A stretch of 64,000 nucleotides of DNA, taken from positions 1-64,000 of the IMG/VR virus record IMGVR_UViG_3300048915_000089; one strand, 5' to 3'. The DNA is from a virus. The notes beneath the pieces were generated by a model. That model did no database searches and was not told the origin of the DNA. It worked only from the letters and a program-made list of their open reading frames with translations. The position numbers and the translations under genes were made by a program. This document shows, one piece after another, positions 59,023-64,000 of this stretch (positions are counted from its first letter, which is position 1; each line of letters starts with the position of its first letter).

Positions 59023-59573
59023 ACAGCGAAGTCCCTGAAGAGCTCATTCCGCATTGGGCAGAGCGCCGATCGGATGGCAACTATTTGCAGCGCCGTGCCG
59101 TGCTTCCGACGCGCGACGGCCGCAGGAACGGCAACGCGACTGTGCGGAGCATTGATCGCGTGCCTGGCGTTGGCTTCGTCGCCAATTGCGAGACGGACGC
59201 TGGCAACAAAATGCGACTTTCGCTGAGAGAGATGCGCGAATTATTTTACCCTCCGGAGTGGATAAGGGCAGAGCCGGAGCCGCTGAAGCCGGGCGAGTGG
59301 TACGCGAACGGCTCGCTTCTGTTCACTGACGGCGCTGTCGTGATGGAAGCCGGTAGCGCGGCGCAAGCTGCTCAGATCGCCGCGCGCTGGAACGCGTGGC
59401 CTAGTCTAATTCAGCTTTTGAGGGATGCTCTTCCGGAGATCGAAAACGAAGCGGAAATGCGCGGCGAAGGCATCGCCGGGATCGATACGCCTTACCACAC
59501 TGTCATGGGCGAGCTCGTCGCGCGTTTCCGCGCCGCGCTGCTAGAGGCTGAAAGGGTGCGAGATGGCCGATAA
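59019..59573 (+). CDS. Hypothetical protein
   Basis: ATGA overlap with the upstream stop. Confidence 0.5.
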   Translation: MNSEVPEELIPHWAERRSDGNYLQRRAVLPTRDGRRNGNATVRSIDRVPGVGFVANCETDAGNKMRLSLREMRELFYPPEWIRAEPEPLKPGEWYANGSLLFTDGAVVMEAGSAAQAAQIAARWNAWPSLIQLLRDALPEIENEAEMRGEGIAGIDTPYHTVMGELVARFRAALLEAERVRDGR

Positions 59574-59745
59574 TGAAGACGACGCAACGGCTGCAGCTTT
59601 CGAGAGCTACATCAAAATGCGGTTTCCTCCGGACGATCGGCCGGAGAAAGACAGCCCGCGATGGCGCGACTTGCGATCGGCGTTCATGGCCGGCGCTCGT
59701 TTCGGCGTCGAAGCGATGGTTGAAGGTTGCACCGACCATGGCTGA
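59563..59745 (+). CDS. Hypothetical small acidic protein
   Basis: Overlapping start and stop with both neighbours. Confidence 0.45.
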   Translation: MADNEDDATAAAFESYIKMRFPPDDRPEKDSPRWRDLRSAFMAGARFGVEAMVEGCTDHG

Positions 59746-59956
59746 GCTCACAGAAACCGAATTGCGCCGCGCCAAAGACTTCGCGGACGCAATAGCCGAT
59801 CTGATCGGCGCTGAGCACCCGAGCATGCAACTGACGGTCCTTACGTTGGTTGCCGGCTCAGTCCTTTGCGCCAGCGTTTTTTCCGAGGACCGGCTTCCGG
59901 CTCTCGAAAAACATACGGATTATCTGCGCAAAAAGATTATGGAGAGCTTGGGGTGA
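59738..59956 (+). CDS. Hypothetical small protein
   Basis: ATG at 59738 overlapping the previous stop. Confidence 0.5.
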   Translation: MAELTETELRRAKDFADAIADLIGAEHPSMQLTVLTLVAGSVLCASVFSEDRLPALEKHTDYLRKKIMESLG

Positions 59957-60798
59957 AAAAGCGCGACGTGATCTTGAACACTGAAGCACACCGGCCGGCG
60001 TTCAATTCGTTCGCTGAGCACCTTGACGCTATTGAGCGCCGCGAGGGACTTCGGCCTGGCGAGATACTGAATCAGTGGCTTGAATTCTCTTATCGCGCTC
60101 AGCGCGCGGCGATCTTGAAGCTCGCCGGCAATGACGACGAGCTCGCCAAAAACGAAGCGGATTATATGCGCGGCGTCGCCAGACTCCGGCACAAGCAAGA
60201 GACAATGGCCGATTACGGATCAATGCTGGGCGCGCTTGTTCTGGCGCTCGAAGCCGACGACTGCGATTTTATCGGTCCCGTATTCTCAGCGCTGTCGGCG
60301 AGTGCTGGCATGGGGCAGTTCTTTACACCCTGGAGTCTATCGAAAGCGGCGGCAATGCTGATTATGCCGGAGTCGCGCGAAGCGTGCGCGGCACTCGCCG
60401 ACAGCGGCGCCCTATGGTGCCATGAGCCCGCGGCCGGCGTCGGCGGAATGATACTCGCGACAAATCAGATCCTTCGCGAACGCGGCTTCTCTCTGCACCG
60501 CGACGTTCATTGGATCGCTTTTGAAGTCGACTTCCGCGCAATGTGCGGCGCGTATCTGCAGTTAAATCTCACCGGCTCGTCTGCCGTCGTGACGCACGGC
60601 AATACGCTGTCGCTTGAAGCATGGCAGACGACGCCGACGCTTACGGCCGTTATGTATCCGAAGCGCAAGCCGGAGCGCGTCAAGCTTGAAATGGTCATTG
60701 AGTCGGCGAAACCCGAAGAGAGGATCGAACGTGGCAAAACGAGCGCAGTCAAAGTTTCCCGCGAAGTTCGTCGTCGTCAACGTGCGCCAGCCGGTTAA
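59953..60798 (+). CDS. HsdM/N6_Mtase-like SAM-binding protein lacking catalytic motif IV and any TRD
   Basis: GTGA overlap at the start. GQFFTPWSLSK (60313...), HEPAAGVGGM, AFEVDFRAMCGAYLQLNL and THGNTLS align with EcoKI HsdM. At the NPPF position the sequence is MYPKRK (60652...). The protein ends about 45 aa later. Confidence 0.65.
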   Translation: MKKRDVILNTEAHRPAFNSFAEHLDAIERREGLRPGEILNQWLEFSYRAQRAAILKLAGNDDELAKNEADYMRGVARLRHKQETMADYGSMLGALVLALEADDCDFIGPVFSALSASAGMGQFFTPWSLSKAAAMLIMPESREACAALADSGALWCHEPAAGVGGMILATNQILRERGFSLHRDVHWIAFEVDFRAMCGAYLQLNLTGSSAVVTHGNTLSLEAWQTTPTLTAVMYPKRKPERVKLEMVIESAKPEERIERGKTSAVKVSREVRRRQRAPAG

Positions 60799-61123
60799 GC
60801 GGCTAAAGAATGATGGCGACATTTGCCGCGTCTGCGGCTGCAGCGAGCACAACGCTTGCGAGCTCACAATGCGGCCGGCGAAGTGGCGCGGCGTCGGACA
60901 AATGATAAGCATCGGATGCTCTTGGGTGAGAAGGGAGCCGGATAGCCCGCCGCTTTGTTCGGCTTGCTCCGGCACCGCCGGCGATCTGCGCGAAGCATGC
61001 GCGCGCCTGGTCACGATTCTTGAAGATCACGCCGCCCATGACTTCGGGCGGTCCATAGCACGCGCCGCTGTGGCGCGCTTCGATAGGAGGAAGAAAGAAC
61101 ATGACCGGATCGCCGAAGCCTAA
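60731..61123 (+). CDS. Cys-rich (CxxCGC...C...C.W...CSAC) phage protein
   Basis: GTG at 60731 with RBS GAGAGGA. Contains CRVCGCSEHNAC...IGCSW...PLCSACS. Confidence 0.45.
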   Translation: MAKRAQSKFPAKFVVVNVRQPVKRLKNDGDICRVCGCSEHNACELTMRPAKWRGVGQMISIGCSWVRREPDSPPLCSACSGTAGDLREACARLVTILEDHAAHDFGRSIARAAVARFDRRKKEHDRIAEA

Positions 61124-61328
61124 AAAGGGATCGAAGGAGTACATCGGCGCGCAGATCAGAACGATTCGCGTGCTGAAGTCGAAGACGCAAGCTGAAGCCG
61201 GCGCTGTTCTCAACGTGTCGTGGCAACAGTTCGCGAAATACGAAACCGGCCGCAATCGCATCACGGCCGATGCAATCTGGAAACTCGCCAAGGCGTGGCG
61301 CTGTGCGCCTGGCGACTTCTTCGCGTGA
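61101..61328 (+). CDS. XRE-family HTH regulator (Cro-like, intact)
   Basis: RBS AGGAGGAAGAAAGAAC. IGAQIRTIRVLKSKTQAEAGAVLNVSWQQFAKYETGRNRI. Confidence 0.75.
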   Translation: MTGSPKPKKGSKEYIGAQIRTIRVLKSKTQAEAGAVLNVSWQQFAKYETGRNRITADAIWKLAKAWRCAPGDFFA

Positions 61329-61335
61329 GAAAGAA

Positions 61336-61572
61336 ATGGCAAGGCTCCCTGCCATTTTATTCCGCCGAAAGGTGTACGTGGGTGATCCGCGACATCTAGA
61401 CGCCATCAAAAAGGCGTTCGCTGGAATGTCTCACCATCAACAGCGTCGTATTAGCAACCGAATTGCGGACGGCAAAGAAAGCATGCTGTTCGGCTGGGTT
61501 GACGAAGGCGGCGAGTGGGAGCCGGAGCCGGAGTTTCAAGAGGCGCGCATGATTATGTATGGCTTCGAATAA
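61336..61572 (+). CDS. Hypothetical protein
   Basis: ATG at 61336 after the previous stop. Confidence 0.5.
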   Translation: MARLPAILFRRKVYVGDPRHLDAIKKAFAGMSHHQQRRISNRIADGKESMLFGWVDEGGEWEPEPEFQEARMIMYGFE

Positions 61573-61653
61573 TAAAAAGGTTCGCTTCCGAATTCAACTT
61601 GGTGTCGCTATAAGCCGATTCACATTCTCTCAATCCTGATCCGGAGAACTCAC

Positions 61654-62730
61654 ATGCCAGCTACCGCCCCGAAGACGCCCGCGCCAGTTATCAAGTGGCC
61701 GGAAAATATGCTGCCAGACGGCATCTACCTTGGCCTTGACGAAGACACGTACCACAATGACCCGGCGCTGGGCTCGTCGGATATCCGATCGCTGCTCAAA
61801 GGCGCCAACCGATATTGGCAACGATCGTGGATGAACCCGAAGCGGCCGGCGGAAAAGCTCACGCCGTCGAAAATCTTCGGCAAGGCAATGCACAAACTGT
61901 TGCTTGAAGGCCGCGAGCCGTTCCGCTGCATATACGTTCGCCGGCCGGATGACAGCGACGACGCGTCGCCATCGGAAAAGTCGAAGCTCACAAAAGCAAT
62001 GAACGACAAATTGCTTGAAGGACAGTTTTTGCTGAAGGCCCCGGAGTTCGACTTTATCGAAGACGTGAAGCTGATTATCGATGCCGACCCGGAGTTGAAT
62101 GGCTGTCTCGACAACGCACTGACTGAGGTGTCTGTTTTCTGGACTCGCAAAGACGGCACGCGATTGAAGTGTCGCTTCGATGCTTTGAAGCTGCGCGGCT
62201 ATGGCGACCTGAAATCGATCGCCAACGAACGCGATCGTGAGATGGGCGAAGCTTGCCGACAGCAGATCGTCACATACCGATACGACATGCAGATCGAACA
62301 TTACAACGAAGGGCGCTACATGCTGCCCAAGCTTTACGATCTCGGGCACGTCTTCGTTGGGACAACGCACTTCACCCACGCGAGCGTCGCCAAAAATACC
62401 GCCGTCAAAAACGCTCACAAGTTCCTCGGCGAGATCGCGCACTACGTCCCCGAGAATGCCGACGAGCCGGCATTCGCCGCGCAATTCGTCTTCGTGCCGA
62501 AGCTTGGCAACGATAACGTCGCGACGCAAGCGCCGGACGCGTGGTCAACGACGATCTCGCCGGAAAATCCGATCTTGAAAATCTCGCGCGACGACATTGA
62601 GACGGCGCTTATGATGCATCGCGACGCGCTGAAGAAATACGGCACGCAACTGCGCTGGTTGCCTGGCCGTGTCGTGAGCGAGCTCGACATAAGCGAGCTT
62701 CCTTGGGGACTGAGCAAGCGGGCCGCGTGA
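61654..62730 (+). CDS. PD-(D/E)XK exonuclease (RecE / exonuclease VIII-like)
   Basis: YHNDPALGSSDIRSLL...FGKAMHKLLLEG, CRFDAL...YGDLKSI, MQIEHY (QxxxY). RBS GGAGAA. Confidence 0.75.
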   Translation: MPATAPKTPAPVIKWPENMLPDGIYLGLDEDTYHNDPALGSSDIRSLLKGANRYWQRSWMNPKRPAEKLTPSKIFGKAMHKLLLEGREPFRCIYVRRPDDSDDASPSEKSKLTKAMNDKLLEGQFLLKAPEFDFIEDVKLIIDADPELNGCLDNALTEVSVFWTRKDGTRLKCRFDALKLRGYGDLKSIANERDREMGEACRQQIVTYRYDMQIEHYNEGRYMLPKLYDLGHVFVGTTHFTHASVAKNTAVKNAHKFLGEIAHYVPENADEPAFAAQFVFVPKLGNDNVATQAPDAWSTTISPENPILKISRDDIETALMMHRDALKKYGTQLRWLPGRVVSELDISELPWGLSKRAA

Positions 62731-62734
62731 TAAC

Positions 62735-62929
62735 GTGGCCGACTTCCGCACGATCGAAGCCGAGTTCGTCGCGTTTATCGAAACACGCGGCGACTCGGAC
62801 TTGCACGTCAAACAAGATCACGCCACCGGCGACAAGCTTCTATATCTCTCAACAGTTTCGCCGGCCGGCAACGGCTATCGCAACAAAGTTTTGAACATCA
62901 CTTACCTCGCGAAATGTCTCGCGGATTGA
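62735..62929 (+). CDS. Hypothetical small protein
   Basis: GTG start 5 nt after the previous stop. Confidence 0.4.
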   Translation: MADFRTIEAEFVAFIETRGDSDLHVKQDHATGDKLLYLSTVSPAGNGYRNKVLNITYLAKCLAD

Positions 62930-62943
62930 AGGAGCAAAGTCAC

Positions 62944-64000
62944 ATGAACGATCCACAGTACGGCGATCACGGCGAAGTTCTAGACAACGATACCGGCGAG
63001 TCGTTGCCGGCGATCGCCACCAATCAAGGGCTGCAGGCGATCACTGTAGCCGAGATCGATCAGGCCGTTGCGACGGCGAAGCGCTATCCGCGCCGACGCG
63101 ACAAAGAAATTTCAAACGAGATCATGGGGCGCGCGACGCTGGACGAAGACACAGCGGACAAGTGCAACTATCTCTTGCCGCGCGGCGGAAAGAAAATCCC
63201 CGGCCCGAGCATTCGCTTTGCCGAGATCGTCCGCGCGTCATACTGGAATATCCGCGTTGCCGCGCGCTTCGTTGCGCTCGACACGACGGACATGGAACGT
63301 GCCGCGACGATCGTCGAAGCGATCGCGCTTGATCTTGAAACGAATCAGTCCGAAGTCATTCCGATTCGTCGAAGCATCATGACGAGCGGCAAGCGCGGCG
63401 AGCGGCCGCAAATCTACAGCGCGGACATGATCGCGCAGACGACGCAAGCCGCGATATCGTTCGCCAGGCGCAACGCAATCTTGACAGTCGTTCCGCAGGT
63501 TTTGTGGATGGCCGGTTATCGGCGCGTCGTCGAAGTGCTGCGCGGCACAGTCGAGACGCTGGGTGCGCGACGTGTCGCAATGATCGAAGCGTTCGGCCGC
63601 GCTGGCGTCTCGCCGCAAGCGCTCTTCGACGCGCTCGATATCCGCGACGAGAACGACATCAACATCGATCACATGCCGACAATCCGCGCGATGTTGACGG
63701 CGATCAAAGAGGGCGAGCCCGTCGACTCAGTGCTGAGCCGGTCCAGCTTGACCGAAGCACAGCCGCACCGCCGCGTTGCCAGCCCGCCGCTGCAGGATCG
63801 TCCCTCGACAAAGACGGACGCCCCCGACGAACGTCGCGAGGTTCCGGCCGGCAGTGACCCGCGCGCCGGAACGAAAGACGATCCGATCTCTTCAGGACCG
63901 GCTAGGGCGGCCGTACAGCAGCCGGCCGAAGCTGAGCCGGCGAAGCCCCAGGGTTCGGCCGAACCCGCTCAGAAGCCCGCTGCAGCGCCGGCAAAGCAGC
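62944..64000 (+). CDS. Putative single-strand annealing / recombination protein (3' end outside window)
   Basis: Not in the ORF track because no stop is reached. ATG at 62944 with RBS AAGGAG. Hand translation MNDPQYGDHGEV...LLPRGGKKIPGPSIRFAEIVRASYWNIRV..., with a Pro/Ala-rich tail. Function is inferred mainly from its position after the RecE-like exonuclease. Confidence 0.5.
   Translation, partial: MNDPQYGDHGEVLDNDTGESLPAIATNQGLQAITVAEIDQAVATAKRYPRRRDKEISNEIMGRATLDEDTADKCNYLLPRGGKKIPGPSIRFAEIVRASYWNIRVAARFVALDTTDMERAATIVEAIALDLETNQSEVIPIRRSIMTSGKRGERPQIYSADMIAQTTQAAISFARRNAILTVVPQVLWMAGYRRVVEVLRGTVETLGARRVAMIEAFGRAGVSPQALFDALDIRDENDINIDHMPTIRAMLTAIKEGEPVDSVLSRSSLTEAQPHRRVASPPLQDRPSTKTDAPDERREVPAGSDPRAGTKDDPISSGPARAAVQQPAEAEPAKPQGSAEPAQKPAAAPAKQ

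Larger units (their letters stand above)
1..64000. mobile_element. Tailed-phage genome segment / prophage (siphovirus-type, lambda/GTA-like tail tip) spanning the whole window
   Basis: Contiguous terminase-portal-capsid-tail-lysis module (30333 to 2878, minus) plus replication, recombination and DNA-methylation genes. No host housekeeping genes, integrase or att site recognised. Confidence 0.9.

Noticed and set aside
1-64000. CRISPR arrays, tRNA/tmRNA genes, rRNA, IS elements/transposases, canonical toxin-antitoxin pairs or named defence systems (CBASS, Thoeris, Gabija, retron, etc.).
   Set aside because: No spaced identical repeats, no cloverleaf-like segments in intergenic gaps, and no transposase, RT, cyclase, TIR, SIR2 or OLD-type motifs were seen. 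The SMC-like ATPase at 57146-58426 has no Toprim/nuclease partner and sits in a recombination module.

Overview
High-GC window with alphaproteobacterial-type codon usage. It is wall-to-wall tailed-phage DNA: a prophage, a free phage genome or a phage-plasmid. I recognised no rRNA, tRNA, CRISPR array, integrase, att site or host housekeeping gene.

Five transcription blocks are visible:
- (i) 1-2657, plus strand: 3' part of a ParB/KorB-like gene, a degenerate J-domain protein and small ORFs.
- (ii) 30333 down to 2878, minus strand: a complete late module. Order is TerS, TerL, portal, MuF, ParB-like/XkdF protease fusion, scaffold, decoration, major capsid, connectors, major tail, G/G-T chaperones, tape measure, lambda/GTA-like tip (DUF2460, BR0599, NlpC/P60, J-like), two fibre genes, lysis cassette, then two distal membrane-associated ORFs.
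- (iii) 30614-34654, plus strand: nine small function-unknown ORFs closed by a strong terminator.
- (iv) 54626 down to 34698, minus strand: replication and DNA-modification block. It holds RuvC-like, MT-A70, primase-helicase, HNH-like, Lar-like, an XRE regulator with an in-frame stop, a beta-class MTase coupled to a PAPS-reductase-like PP-loop enzyme, a C5-MTase with a frameshifted 3' end, many tiny ORFs, GIY-YIG and a ParB-MTase fusion.
- (v) 55148 to the window end, plus strand: DUF932, SMC/Rad50-like ATPase, a sigma region-4-only protein, a catalytically degenerate HsdM-like protein, a Cro-like XRE, a RecE-like exonuclease and a putative annealing protein that runs off the window.

Genes are packed tightly, with many ATGA/GTGA stop-start overlaps.

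Most notable candidates:
- the MTase to PP-loop enzyme pair inside an unusually heavy DNA-modification and anti-restriction load
- a truncated, motif-IV-dead HsdM-like protein
- a ParB-like domain fused to the prohead protease next to MuF
- two point lesions in regulatory/modification genes
- a TGTAYCC repeat family shared by two intergenic control regions
- a tail-fibre N-terminal motif shared by three ORFs, one of them an orphan on the opposite strand

All family assignments are from motif recognition by eye, with no searches run. Hairpin and repeat coordinates were hand-counted and may be off by 1-2 nt.
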